This document shows positions 1 to 18,710 of a stretch of DNA of 64,000 nt, one piece after another (the first letter of the stretch is position 1; each line of letters starts with the position of its first letter). A model generated the notes under the pieces. That model ran no database searches. It saw only the letters and a program-made list of their open reading frames with translations, and was not told where the DNA came from. The DNA lies in assembly GCF_009914755.1 (NCBI RefSeq), contig NC_060936.1, one strand, 5' to 3'. Both the position numbers and the translations under genes were made by a program. Source of the stretch: the human T2T-CHM13v2.0 reference genome, Homo sapiens.

Positions 1-4091
<4,091 letters not shown>

Positions 4092-5909
4092 TGTATACCT
4101 GTATTTTTTATGTATATAGGGTAACCTGTCCCAGAACCACTACCAGCCCTCCATCCCTACCCCCACCCTCTATGTTCCTGGGCAAACCCATAGAATTTCT
4201 GTCCTTTTAATGATATTGAGACATAACCCTTTATCCTCTTCTACCCCTCTTTTCTTCTCTCTTTCCTCCTCCTCCAATTGGGAGAGACTTATCTAATTAG
4301 TAATACTAGGGAAAGGGGCACTAACTCATGCCTAACTCATGCCGTTACTGGCTTTCTCTTTTGAGATACAGCCTATTAGTGACAGTCTCTCTTCACCAAT
4401 ACAGTTAACAGCTTATTCTATGGGGTCAGGACTACAAGTTATCCAACTGTCTGGCTGAGAGTGTGTGGGTGAGTTTAATAGAGTAGGACAAGAATATTAA
4501 GCCACATTTTCTAATGCTAGCCATAAGCTAATATTTTAATCCCTGACTTCAGCATCTATTTCTAAATTAAAGTATTATCAATTTATCATCCAAACAATAC
4601 AAATTAGAGCAAATTTAAGATTATCCCTTTAATAACATAACCCACTTCCTGTGCTTTTTTTTTTGAGTGGGAGGGAAGGGAATTAAGTGTTGTCCTTAAT
4701 ATACTTAAACATGTATCATTCTTTGCAAATTGCACAACAACATAAAAAAGCCAAGACCTTTGGGAACAAGAGCTTACATTTAGGCCATTGATCATTTCTT
4801 GTCTTATACCTCACTTAAAGTGGATGCAACCTTATCTTCTAAATGAGAGAAATATTCCTTGAACATACACACCAAGTCTTATTAAATATTGTTTTTATGC
4901 CACTCACTAAATAACTTAAGGCAATTTTATATGCTAAGTGAAGCTTCCTTGATGTCTCCAAAAGTCACAGAAAATTATTGCCTTTGGTTGGTTAAAGCCC
5001 TTTCTTTATTTCAAGAACATATATCTGAGACCCTTACTTCTTAAAACGAAACATGCTTTAGATTTATTTTAAAGTACACCATAAATCTGTATAGAATCCA
5101 TGAACATATGTGAGGATTTGTGAATAAATGTTTGCCTCTGGCTTGGCTTATATACTCATGTTTTTTTCTTGTATTACTGTAAGTTTCTGTTTTCCTTAAT
5201 TTGGCATCTAAAAATAATAAAACCACAATGAACTTTTAGCATGTCATCAACACTCACAAATCATATGTATTTACCATTTCCAGAACACAAATTTGCATTA
5301 AAACAACTCATTAGATTCCATAAATACTCTATCACTATTTATCAGGAATTACATATATGGCTCCAACTTTATACAGCATTCAGTCTAATTTTTGTGGTGA
5401 TTTTTTTTTCCCTTTTGTTAACTGCCATGAAGCTACTTATTGGTGTGGGTTTCTGATGGGGAAAAACATTCCATTGGTAAATTTTAAGTACCACTTATAA
5501 GCTTATATTCTGAGATGGTTCTATACAGAGAACACTGCAGGTTGACTCCTAGCTGCTGTACACTTACAGGAAAGGACAGAAATCACAAAATATGATAAGC
5601 CTGTGTTCAACTTTTTTACTAGTAGTTATATAAACTTGGGTAACATACATAACTTCTATGATCCTTGCTTTTCTCATCTAAAATTAGAGATGATAATCCT
5701 TATTTTACAGAGTTTTAAACTCTACGAGAAAAAAGAAAGTGGGAATCATAACACATAGTAGGTATAAAACAAATGATAGTTATCCTAATCAGTCTCAACA
5801 GCAGTTCTAATGCAAATGAAGGCTACCATGGATTCATGGCATTGCTGCAACAATATTTATTTAAAGAGACTTGAGACAACACACAATATTTAGTTTTAAA
5901 TCAACTTAC

Positions 5910-6056
5910 CAAGACAGGAGTATAAGCCCTGACTTATCCAAGCCAATATGGCAAGAGTTATAAGGTCGCCAAAACTAGCAGCAATGGGTGTAGCAACATT
6001 ATCAGGATTTATACCAGTCTTCTTTGAACCAACGATAACCCCAACCATTATTATTC
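5910..6056 (-). CDS. SLC41A2: SLC41A2 exon 6 (147 nt)
   Basis: (G)[48 protein letters not shown](E), containing the MgtE P(D/A)X4PX6D motif. ttctAG acceptor, G|GTAAGT donor, phase 1-1. Confidence 0.96.
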
Positions 6057-8649
6057 CTAGAAGAAAGAATGTTCATTACTTTTTAGGCTATGATTTAAAG
6101 AAAATCAATCCCCCAAATACCAAAATGTGTAGGATAGAAAAACAGCATATCAATTCCAGTTAGACTGCTTAGATAAGCTGACTAAAGCAAACAAAACATT
6201 TACTCTAACGCTTTGGCAAAATGCCTTTCAACAAACTCCAAGTGGGGATCATAGAAAATTTAAGAAGTTCAGCATTGTATTTAGAGGCCTGAAAGCTACT
6301 AAAATTATGGTAAAGCTAAAATTTCAGATTTAGTGACATGTATATCTTAGATATAATGTATTTGTGTGTATTGAATCCAAAGGTTTTAATTTTAACCCTC
6401 AAATAAAGTATGAAAACATCAAAAAAAAAGGTGAGTCATATGTATATGTACAACAACTGGGAAGAAGGCCAACAAAACCAGATTTGTTTACATATGGCAG
6501 CTAGAAATGCTTATTTCATTTTATTACTTAAAGACGTTGAAGTATTAAGCAGCAGGACATAATTAAATTTTAAAACACTGAAGGCCAGAATACAAGAAAC
6601 AGTCTTTGTAAAAGATATTCTTTAAACCTGAAGTTTCTGTCTATAAACCTACGAGAGAATAGAAGATGAAAATTTAACTGTGTACTTGTACTTTTACATC
6701 CTAATTTTCTTAAATTATACAAATGGGATAAAACTATTAACATTTATATCCACTCTAAATTGTGTAGATTTTGTCACACCAAGATACTCATTAAGAGGAT
6801 GTAGTAAAGAGAAAACTTTAAATGTGCTAACCACAAATCAATATGAAAGCCTAAATATGGCTATGGAGAAAAACAGTAACAGAATCTCACAGCACTTTTA
6901 GAGTTAAAATGACTCTAAATGTTTTTGTTCCAGCATACTCACTTTATAGATAATAAAACTGAGGTCCTGTAGAGTAGGGCTTAAATTCTTGCCTAAAGTC
7001 ACATAGCTTGTGACTCTAGCCCAGTGTTTTTTACTCTACCTATTAAAGCCAAAATTTTAATAAGCAGAATTTTTGTCTTGCATCAAACAGTGCCTTATAT
7101 TTTAGTATTCTGGAGGCTTTTTAAATTACTAGACTTACCTTTCCCATAATATCATTGAAAAAGAAAAAAAGCTATAGCAGAAAACTTTTTAAAAAAAATA
7201 CATTATGCAATAATCAGGCAAGATGTAATCGCTTAGAATCTTTTTCCAAAATCAGCACATTTGAAGATGTATATGGGAAGTTCTCCTACACATAGTACCA
7301 TCTATATCTTTTCAACTGAAAACAAATATTTTGTATGTATCATAGTCCAGTGGAAAGAGCTAAGAGTTAGGAAACGTGTTTTAGTTCTGATTCAGCTGGT
7401 AACAAGTTGATGAGATTGGACAAGTCACCTTACCTAAGTTTTCTCACCTACAAATATGGCTAAGAGTTTCTACTTTACATATACTAAAGTGCTTATAAAG
7501 GTCAAGTTATCATAAAATTAGAACACACATTATTCAAAGTCAGAAGCTTTAAACAAATACTTTTTAAAATTCTGAATTTTGGATAGTTTTGAAAAGCTTT
7601 CAAATACTTGTTAGACTGAAAAATTTTAAATGACACTTTCTAAATGAAATAAAATCAGAAAGAAAAAAGAAGCAAATGAGCCTAAAAAAATAGCATGCTG
7701 ATGGCATAATTATTTTTGTACCAACAATTTAATTTTCCAATAGCTTAACTTCACTCTGCTTTGGTCAATGTTAACTCCATTCAACTATAGTAATTCTTTA
7801 TGAAGACAAGAAACTACCCCGATACAATTAAACTACTAAAACAAAATGCTTGAAAATATTTTGGAAATCGAGTTATAATTTTAATAAGATTCCCTAAATT
7901 CCCAGAACCTAGCCAAAAAAGTTAGCTGCATTGTATGATCACCTAACATGACAATAATCCACTTTAAACTTTGCTGGTGATATAAGGGCAAGAAAATGGC
8001 AATTATAAAATAAAAAGAACAAAGTCTTTATGATTGTGATTCCACAATAAGCTAATTCTCTAGTGTAAAGTTCATACGAATAAATATAAAGAAAAATAAC
8101 CCAAATAAAAGTTCTAAAGTAGTTAATTTTTAAAACCTTCTGGCTCTTTAAATTCTATAGCCAACAATATGCTATCTTAAGTATAAGGTTATATTTGTAT
8201 TGCCACAGAAACAGGGAAGAAATTTTTCTTGAAATCTGAAACAAAAAAATTTCAACAGAGGATGACTTTTGAAACCCAGAATTCCTGGAACACTTGTTAC
8301 TCAAGTGACAAGCTAGTAAATCCCCTGCATGATGTCCAGAAAGGAGTTTCCCAATTTATTTAACTTACAGAAACAAATGAATGTCTAGGCGATTTTCCTG
8401 ATCTTTTTGAGGAACTATAACGGAGTATCCAAGGCCAGGAGACAACCTCAGAAAAGCCTGTTCTACACTAAGTTTTATAAATAATGAAATGTAAATATAT
8501 CTGGAATAACTAAGGCATTTTTTAAGTTTGTAGATATGTTTTTTCTGTTGTTTTCATAACAGGTATCATTTAAATAAAAATAGTCATCTTAAGAAATAAA
8601 CCATTTAAATGTAAAAGGCTATAGAGTAGACATTTATAAATTCACTTAC

Positions 8650-8794
8650 CCTGCAGAAGAGATGCAATGAAGGCAGTTGCCACACTGCTAGAGCACAGAA
8701 GTATGGAATGATCAAGGTAATATTTTCCTTCTGGAATCCAGCCCAATATAATTGCTGCCACAGCTGCTAGAAAACCCACTACTGTTGCCTGAAC
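8650..8794 (-). CDS. SLC41A2: SLC41A2 exon 5 (145 nt)
   Basis: [48 protein letters not shown]+G, translated by hand (not in the ORF track). ttttAG acceptor, G|GTAAGT donor, phase 0-1. Confidence 0.96.
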
Positions 8795-8967
8795 CTAAAA
8801 TTTTTTTCATAAATCCAACTGAATTATTCACTTTAAAAACACATTTAAACATTTTGATTATGTAAATATTACTACAAAAAGTCAAAAAAAGTATTGCATG
8901 TAATAATTGAGCTACATTACCTTTTAGAGTAGTTACTATATTTTGGTTTTAATATTCCCTAAGATGG

Positions 8968-9060
8968 TGGGTTCTCAAACTGCTCTGATGATCTGGTGAC
9001 AAGTATGGAACGGAGTCCAGGAATCTGTTTTTAACAAGCACCCCAAGTGATGCTGATGGT
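8968..9060. mobile_element. MER5-like hAT fragment
   Basis: ggttctcaaact...ccaggaatctgtttttaacaagcaccccaagtgatgctgatg resembles MER5A. Confidence 0.5.
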
Positions 9061-11097
9061 ATAACTAATAGATCACCTAAGAAAATGCCACCTTCAGACT
9101 GAGAAGTACCCAATCCACACATCTGAAGTCTGACTCTAGAGGTAGTGCTGGCAAGAGATTGGATTTTATAATAGAAAGATAGGAGTTTGACTCCTGGTTC
9201 TAGCACTTAATCTTGTAGCAAATTATTTAAACTCATTCATTCAAGGAGTATTTATTTAGATTCTACTATGTATAATGTGCTATGTTTTGTGTTGGGCTAC
9301 AGCAGTGGTCAACGTAGATTATTCCCTGCCCTCACAGAGCTCTTGGTCAGTGGGAGAGACAAACATTTGAAAATAACCTCACAAATAAGCACAATTGTGA
9401 TTAGTGCTATGAAAATTTCAGTTCCTAATCAGTAAGACCACAATAACCTCAAACTTTGTGATTTAAATTAATTATATAAATATATAAACTGCTTTCCACA
9501 GTGCTGACACAAAGCAAGAATAAAAAAAACCTGCCACTAAGAAATAACACTCACCGCTAACTCAGCCTCAGATTAATAGGATGTCAGAACTAAAAGAAAC
9601 CCTACAAGAATCATCTATTGCACTCACTCTTAGCTGAGTTTGTGTCATGGACTCCTTTGACAATCTGGTAAAAACTCTATAGAATAGAGTTCTCTTTCTC
9701 TAGGCAAACACAGAGGCACTCAATATTTTGAGTAGAATTTCTTGATGTTCATGGACTCTCTGAAGCCAATCCACGTGCTGGAATCGAGGGCTCCAAGTAA
9801 AAAATTCCTGAAGTAGTCATATAGTAAATCAACAGAAGAGCCAGGACTAAAGAGACCATATATCCTGGACTCCAGCCCCATGATCTTGTATTAATATTAC
9901 AGCTTCTGTGGATGTCATCCACAGATACAGAGCTGAGATTCAAACCAATAAGCACCATGATGAGTGTAGCAGTTAAAATATTTCAGGATTTTCATTCTGG
10001 TTAGTAAATGATGTAATTACACTTTAAAGCAGTAAAATTAATTTATAATATAAATTCTAGCACTATGATTCCAAGTCCTGTCTGGCTTGACATTGGAACA
10101 CAGAGCTAGAGAACCTACTGCAGACATCATGGTGTGTATATATGTATATATAAATCTGTCAATTTCTGAGAAAATAAAAGCACACAGCTGAGATGAGGAA
10201 GTCCTATTCTGGAAATATGCAAAATAATGACTAACTGAAAAATGACTAATTGTACCCAAGAGAAAGCAAAGTCTGGGTTTAAGTAGTAGATGTGAAGGTT
10301 AACAGGGGCCATAGGCCTGAAGAGATGTTTGGTACAGGACACGTCCCTCCTGGTGAGGCAACAGTTCCTCATGTGGGACTGGAGACTTTGCTTTATCTGA
10401 CTACTTATGTATGTATTTGGTCCAGAAGACCATTCTGTACAATCGTGAAGAAATCTGTGACAGGCGATCTGCCTGGGGCTCCATTTAACAGTGAGAAGAG
10501 CACAACCCTGAGCAAGTGGGAGTGTGGGCCTCGTCTGTGCTTTCTACCCTTCTCTCTTTCTACCCTCCATGGCCAGTCTCCAGGCAGAGGAGGCTTGTGC
10601 CAGCCCATCCTACTCCCCTCCCACACTCATCATCTACTCTTTCACAAGTGTTAGCAGAAGAAGCCTCAGGAAGAAAAAACCCTCTCCCCCAACCATTACC
10701 CCCACCGCTCCATCTTCTTTTCTTCTCACTTTTGTCTACTTGTGACTGGGCTTCAACCAATTGCTGCCTCACTGGCTGGTACCAGGTGTGTCCTGAGGGG
10801 CCTGGTTGGGGTTCCCTGTTCTTCACACTTTCTTGGTGGAGTAAGGCACATAAAGACACAGGCTTTGGGCTATGGCAACTAGAATCAGTGAATCCCTAGC
10901 CATGTCTGACTCCTATCTTGACTGACAGTTGCAGGGAGAGAGGATGATAAAGGAAAAGTGAAGACAAAGAATGGGAGGAAAAATGAAAAGCTGAGATGGA
11001 AATTATTAGGATAATTTGACAAATAATTTATACTACAACTCATATTACTTTGTAAGAGTTCAGGGTATTTAAAAATAAATGGAATATATTTTCAAAT

Positions 11098-11145
11098 TTT
11101 ATATATTATTTATATTATTTTTATATATTATTTATATATATATTT
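11098..11145. repeat. AT-rich low-complexity (TA/TTA) tract
   Basis: atatattatttatattatttttatatattatttatatatatattt. Confidence 0.8.
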
Positions 11146-11266
11146 AACAACTCTACTGGTTGTTAAATGTTTTGATTATTACCCCTGCATAGATTTCTAC
11201 AATTTCAAGCTGAAAAAGATCTTAGACATCTCTAATACAATAATGATATTTAAAAGAGGAAAGAGA

Positions 11267-13770
11267 CTTTCACCACTGTTTTTTTAACATACTACTAGAA
11301 GTCCTAGCTAAAGCAATCAGATAAGAGAAAGAAATGAAGGGCATCTAAATTGGAAAGAAAGAAGTCAAATTATCCTTATTTGCAGATGACATAATCTTAT
11401 ATTTGGAAAAACCTAAAGACTCCACCAAAAAACTATCAGAACTGATAAATTCAGTAAAATTGTAGGATACAAAATCAACACACAAGAAGCAGTAGCATTT
11501 CTATATGCCAACAGTGAATAATCTGAAAAAGAAATCAAGAAAGTAATCCCATTTACAATAGCTACAAGTAAAATAAGATAGACCTAGAAATAACCAAAGA
11601 CATGAAAGATCTCTATAATAAAAACTATAAAACAGGCCGGGAGCAGTGGCTCACACCTGTAATCCCAGTACTTCGGGAGGCTGAGGCAGGTGGATCACCT
11701 GAGGTCAGGAGCTTGAGACCAGCCTGGCTAACATGGTGAAACCCCATCTCTACTAAAAATGCAAAAATTAGCTGGGCATGGTGGCACACCCCAGTAATCC
11801 CAGCTGAGGTGGGAGAATTGCTTGAACTCAGGAGGCGGAGGCTGTAGTGAGCCGAGATCACGCCATTGCACTCTAGCCTGGTAGCCTGGGCAACAGAACA
11901 AGACCTCATCTCAAAAAAAAAATAAAATAAAATAAAATAAAATAAAATAAAATATTGATGCAAGAAATTGAAGAGGACACCAAAAAGTGTAAAGATATTC
12001 TATGTTCATGGATTAGAATAATCAATATTGTTAAAATGTCCATATAACCCAAAGCAATCTACAGATTCAATGTAATCCCTATCAAAATGCCAATGACATT
12101 CTTCACAGAAATAGAAAAAAAAAATCTTAACATTTATGTGGGATCACAAAAAGACTCAGAATAGTCAAAACTATCCTAAGCAAAAAGAACAAAACTGGAG
12201 GAATCACATTACCTGACTTCAAATTATGCTACAGAGCTATAGTAACCAAAAGACAGTACTGGCATAAAAACAGACACAAACCAATGGAAGAGAATAGAGA
12301 AACCAGAAACAAATCCATATATCTACAGTGAACTCATTTTTGCCAAAAGTGCCAAGAATATACACTGAGGAAAAGACAGTCTTTTTAACAAGTGGTGCTA
12401 AGAAAATTGGACATCTACATGCAGAAGAAATGAGACCCCTATCTCTCACCATCTACAAAAATCAAATCAAAATGGATTAAAGACTTGAATCTAAGACCTC
12501 AAACTATAAAACTACTACACAAAAACATTAGGGGCACTCTCCAGGACATTGGTATGGGCAAAAATTTATTGAGTAATATCCCACAAGCACAGGCAACCAA
12601 AACAAAAATGAACAAATGGGATAATATCAAGTTTAAAACTTTCTGCACAGCAAAGGAAACAATCAACAAAGTAAAGAGACAACCCACAGAATGGGAGAAA
12701 ATATTTGCAAACTACCCATCTGGCAAAGGATTCATAACCAGAATATATAAGGAGCTTAAACAAATCTATAGGAAAAAAAATCCAATAATCTGATTTTAAA
12801 ACAGGCAAAAGATCTGAATAGGCATTTCTCAAAAGAAGACATACAAATGGTAGTCAGTCATATGAAAAGGTGCTCAACATCACTGATCATCAGAGAAATG
12901 CAAATCAAAACTACAATGAGATATCATCTCACCCCAGTTAAAATGGCTTTTATCCAAAGGACAGGCAATAACAAATGCTGGTGAGGATGTGGAGAAAAGG
13001 GAACCCTCGTACACTGTTGGTGGGAATGTAAATTAGTACAAGCACTATGGGGAACAGTTCGGAAGTTCCTCAAAAAACTAAAAATACAGCTACCATATGA
13101 TCCAAAAATCCTACTGCTGAGTATATAATCCCAAATAAAGGAAATCAGTATGTTGAAGAGATATCTGCACTTCTATGTTTGTTGCAGCACTATTCACAAT
13201 GGCCAAGATTTGGAAGCAAACTAAGTGACCATCAACAGATGAATGGATAAAGAAAATGTGGTACTTATACAAAATGGAGCACTATTCAGCCATAAAAAAG
13301 AATGATATCTGTCATTTGTAACAACATAGATGGAACTGGAGGTCATTATGCTAACTGAAATAAGCTGAGCAGAAAAACAAACATTGGATGTTCTCACTTA
13401 TTTATGGGATGTAAAAATCAAAACAATTGAACTCATGGAGACAGAAAGTAGAAGGATGGTTGCTAGAGGCTGGGAAGGGTAGTAGGAGGGTATGGGGGAG
13501 GTAGGGATGGTTAATGAGTACAAAAAAATAGAATGAATGAGACCTAGTATTTGATAGCATAACAGGGTGACTTCAGTCAATAATGTAATTGTACATTAAA
13601 AAATAACTACAAGAGTATAATTGGATTGTTGTAACACAGAGGATAAATGCTGGGGGGATGGATATACCATTTTAGATGATGTGATTGTTATGCACTGCAG
13701 CCTGTATCAAAACATCTCATGAATATATACACCTACTACGTATCCACAAAAATTAAAAATTGAAAGAAAA
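11267..13770 (+). mobile_element. 5'-truncated L1MA-type LINE (ORF2 3' part plus 3'UTR), split by an Alu
   Basis: ORF2-like peptide at 12485-12793 ([31 protein letters not shown]). L1MA2/3-like 3'UTR ends at cacaaaaattaaaaa. Confidence 0.9.
11635..11952 (+). mobile_element. AluS with (AAAAT)n tail
   Basis: GGCCGGG...GGATCACCTGAGGTCAGGAG; small internal deletion and a tagcctgg duplication. Confidence 0.93.
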
Positions 13771-13990
13771 GACCAGCCTGGACTACATGGCGAAACCCCG
13801 TCTCTACAAAAAGTACAAAAATTAACCAGGCGTGGTGGCGCGTACCTGTAGTCCCAGCTACTCGGGCACTCAGGTGGGAGAATCACTTGAGCCCAGGAGG
13901 TCAAGGCTGCAGTGAGCCATGACTGCACTACTGCACTCCACCCTGGGCAACAGAGCAAGACCCTGCCTCAAAAAAAAAAAATAAATAAAG
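13771..13990 (+). mobile_element. 5'-truncated AluJ abutting the L1 tail
   Basis: gagcccaggaggtcaaggctgcagtgagccatga diagnostic; poly-A tail. Confidence 0.88.
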
Positions 13991-14890
13991 GAAAAATGTA
14001 TTTCAAAGAAAAAAATAAATAAAAGAGAAAAGTGAAGCCCAGAAAAGTTAAATAGATTAACAAAGGTTATAAACTGTTTAATGTTACAGCTGAGGTCAGA
14101 TCTCAGATTTTCTCATTTCTACATCTGTGATCTTACAAGCACTTGTACACGTATTCAAAAAATGTGCTTTATTTCTTTGTCCTTGAATTACATTACATGA
14201 AATTCTGTTCCTGCAACCAGGTTCTCAACATTATGTCCTAGGTGAACTAATACCAAAATTAGTGTGCATTCCCTAAGCTCACACTAGCTAGAGAATTACT
14301 AGGGGTAGTCGCAGTCTTCAGTCTTAGGGGTAGGAGAGGGTGAAGGCAGAAGAAAAAGAGAAACTCATCTAAGATTAGAAAAAGCTGTAGATTATACACG
14401 ATCTACAGTTCACAATTCAGTGTACGTGTAATTGGTAAACTACTGTATTGTTTATATTAATACTAGTAACTAACAAATTAAGGAAAACAAACAAATATCT
14501 GATCATAATATATAGAAAAGAGCTCAGTTTATCTTTAAATATCAAAGTAAAAAATAGCACTTAATGAAGTGCTAAATATTTACTAAACAGATATATTAAT
14601 GCAAATTCTGGCTCTATCACACACTTATGATAGAAAATATTTTGTATATTTTTCCACATTTTGTATATATTTTTCATATTTGTAAAAACTAGTTTCTAAA
14701 CAACGAATAGTTTCAGAGCTCATAGGTATCCATTTATTCCATCACTTTTTCAAGGTACTAAATTATTGTTTTGGTGTTTCTGAAAACAATTAAAGGGTAG
14801 ACTCATAGTACTAAAATTTACACCAATCTTATAGATTACAGTCAAAATTTGTACACCCAAGATCTGTAAACAAATATGTGTACCACTTAC

Positions 14891-14962
14891 CTGCTTTAAA
14901 GCCAAGTTGCCAATTATTAGGTTCCACTTTTCAATGGGTGAATCCATCTTCCCAATATTTAC
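14891..14962 (-). CDS. SLC41A2: SLC41A2 exon 4 (72 nt)
   Basis: VNIGKMDSPIEKWNLIIGNLALKQ. tttaacAG acceptor, CAG|GTAAGT donor, phase 0-0. Confidence 0.96.
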
Positions 14963-16365
14963 CTGTTAAAGTGGATATTTTCATGTATCACTGAAGAAAA
15001 TCTACATGTTCTCTGCTGTGTTCAAACAGCACATGAAATCTTAAAGCCCAAAATAATTCTTCAGTAAATCCAATGAGCTCACATTGTACTTTGAAAATAA
15101 TTCTGAATTCACTACCAGTCTTTCAGCTAACGCTAGGCTTGACTAACATGTTTAGAGAAAAAAAATTTTTTTTACTTACCTGTCTTACAAGAACTAGTGG
15201 ACCCATTAGTATTACCCACTTACTCACTGATGTTATCTTACAACTAGCATCATCAGATATTATCTTAGCATGCCAAATTTTGTGTATTGAGGTCCAAGGT
15301 AAATAATTACATAACTTTGATCCACTAGCAGTTAATTCCACATTATAAAACTAATGTAACTTAAAGAATTATTGACCCAAAAACAAGATATAATCATTCA
15401 CATGTATACAATTTATATTTGAGTCACGACTAAAACTGTTAGCAATAAAATTCATTGTTTACAAATTAATTTTGATCATGTACCGCAACTATTAAATTTT
15501 ACACATCTTTCTGCTAAATGGAAGAACACTCTCCAAAATAATATTATCACCCACATACTCAATTGTTCTGTGAGCTAATTCATATTTCTCAACCACTTAG
15601 AATTCAAAAAGTGTATTTCCAAATCTGCCAAGTTTTTCTAAAGTAGTTGTTTGGAAAGCAACGAACAATCATTTAGTAAAAATACTGAGTTGCATTTCAA
15701 TTACTCATCATCTGCTTTGCTATGAAAGACTTTCTTTCAAATGATCTATAGATAAGTTGATAAAGAGGAAGGTAAGTAAGGGTTGTTATTCATGGGTAGT
15801 TTTAACCAGGTACAGTCTAGAATTTAGGTCACTGGCTTTAGACAAGCAGGTTAAGTGCTATATAAACATTTCCTCTATCAATCTGGAAAACAGATTCTAT
15901 TCTGTAATCTCACTGTGGACTTTAGTCTCAAAGCATCCAGCAAATGCAAATATTGAGATTTCTCAGTATTTCAGAATAATTATTAATGCAGTCTTTATTT
16001 ACATATTTCTTTACTAAGCCTGGGAATCTAAATCATTGGTGAAATTCATGTTTGTAGTTCTAACAACCTGGGGCTTTGCTCAAGTGAGTAATAAGGTACA
16101 AGCAATGTTTACAGAGTGAACCTACCTCAGGTTTAGAGTTCAAGAAATAGGAATGAGTGAAATTAGTGTTATTTTTTAATAACTCTTAGAAAGATGTCTA
16201 TATCTGTAGGAAGCAATCTAAAATGATTCAATGAAAAAGTATAAGACATCAAGACTCCAGGGTTGCTTAATAACAAATGGAAACATACATACATTCGGGT
16301 CTAGGAAAAGATCAAGAAAGGTAGGAGTTAAAGAATGAGTGAGTGCTATGAATTGGATTTGCAAC

Positions 16366-17122
<757 letters not shown>

Positions 17123-18309
17123 TAATTTGTTTTATAAATGATGAAGATCACTTTCTCTGAGACCCTTTCTAATCTAGAAGTCTCTGAATCTTTACTCTTC
17201 TTAGTCTAAGATAAAACAATAAATAACAAATTAAAACAATGTATGACATAAAATAAAAAATAAAATGTAGACTATATTTATAAACAATAACTTTTTTTAT
17301 AAAGCAAAGATTTTCAGGAGTAAGAATTTTTTTAAAAAGTAAAGAGAAATGTTGCCCCAAATTTACCTTGTTAGGGAAAATATGTATAGTATAGGCTTGC
17401 ATTGGCATGTGGATAGAGGTATGGCAGGACACAGAAAATTGATTTTGTTGCCTCCATCTTGTAAAAACTACATCAACAGTTGTGCTGACCCATCCTACTG
17501 TCCAGTGGTTTAGGGTTAATATGAGCCATCTAAGTTTTTTCTAAAGTGGAGAGGGAGAAGTATGAGTGTTCTGTGTAAAGGCCTTTGCTAGACCTACTTT
17601 TATTAGATTAGCTGACCTGATGGTGCCCAGCTAGACAAACCAAGAGCTTAGAAGGTGATAAAATATAATAGGGCATGATCTAGTAAAGACTTCTGTGTAA
17701 CCCAGTTTTATTTAAATTATGTATATCTTAAAGTATTAGAAAAATAGGCCATTATTTTTGCAGAGACATCAACTAATTTTTTAGGAAAGAGTAGAGCTGA
17801 GGTGGCCAGAGCCTGAAGATGTGTTATGTTTGGCCAACACAGTGGTTTTAAAATTTTTGAATCTGAATGCCTTTAGGTGGAATCTGCCATCTCTAGTTTT
17901 TATAATCCCAAAAGCCTTCTTCTGCATAAACAGACGTTACTTATCTGACACTGAGACATATTAGTTATAAGCAAGACTTAGGATTTATTGGAGCTAAATA
18001 TAAAAGTGGTCTTGGATGACCTTGAAATTATAGATTTATAAATATAGCCACTACAATTAATACTAGAAAAAAATATGTTTAATGAATAAATACTTGAAAC
18101 AAAGGTACTGAAAGTCTCCATTCATGCATTATTTTAAAAAACATGTATTAACTATATGTGCAAAAAAAAAAAAAACTATATGTACATTTTTTTAAAAACC
18201 AGAAAGTTACCATTGTTACTTCCAAGTGTTAGGTGTATGGATAATTTTTAATTTTTACTTTGTCCTTTAGTGATTTTTTCAAATTTTTACCACTGAACAT
18301 GTAGTGCCA

Positions 18310-18710
18310 GTATAATCATTTTATCTAAAAACAGATATTTGCAAAAGAAATATCTAATAAAGGGCTGCTATCCAAAATACTCAAAGAACTCTTAAAACTC
18401 AACAATAACAAACAATCCAACTTAAAAAGTGGGTCAAAGACGTTAACAGACACCTCACCAAAGAAGACATACAAATGGCAAATAAGCATTTGAAAAGATG
18501 CTCCACATCATATATCAGAGAAATGCAAATTAAGACAAGATAGCACTACACACCTATTAAAATAGCCAAAAGCCAGAACACTGACAATACCAAATGCTGG
18601 TAACAATGTAGAGCAACAGGAACTCTCATTCATTGCTGGTGTAAAGGCCTTTGCTAGGCCTACTGTTACTAGATTAGTTGACCTGATGGTGGGAATGCAA
18701 AATGGTACTC
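18310..18710 (+). mobile_element. L1M (MB/MC-like) fragment carrying a 50-bp foreign insert
   Basis: aacagacacctcaccaaagaagacatacaaatggcaaataagc...gaactctcattcattgctggt[insert]gggaatgcaaaatggtac. Confidence 0.8.

Noticed and set aside
5948-6163. + strand 71-aa ORF
   Set aside because: It is the antisense shadow of exon 6.
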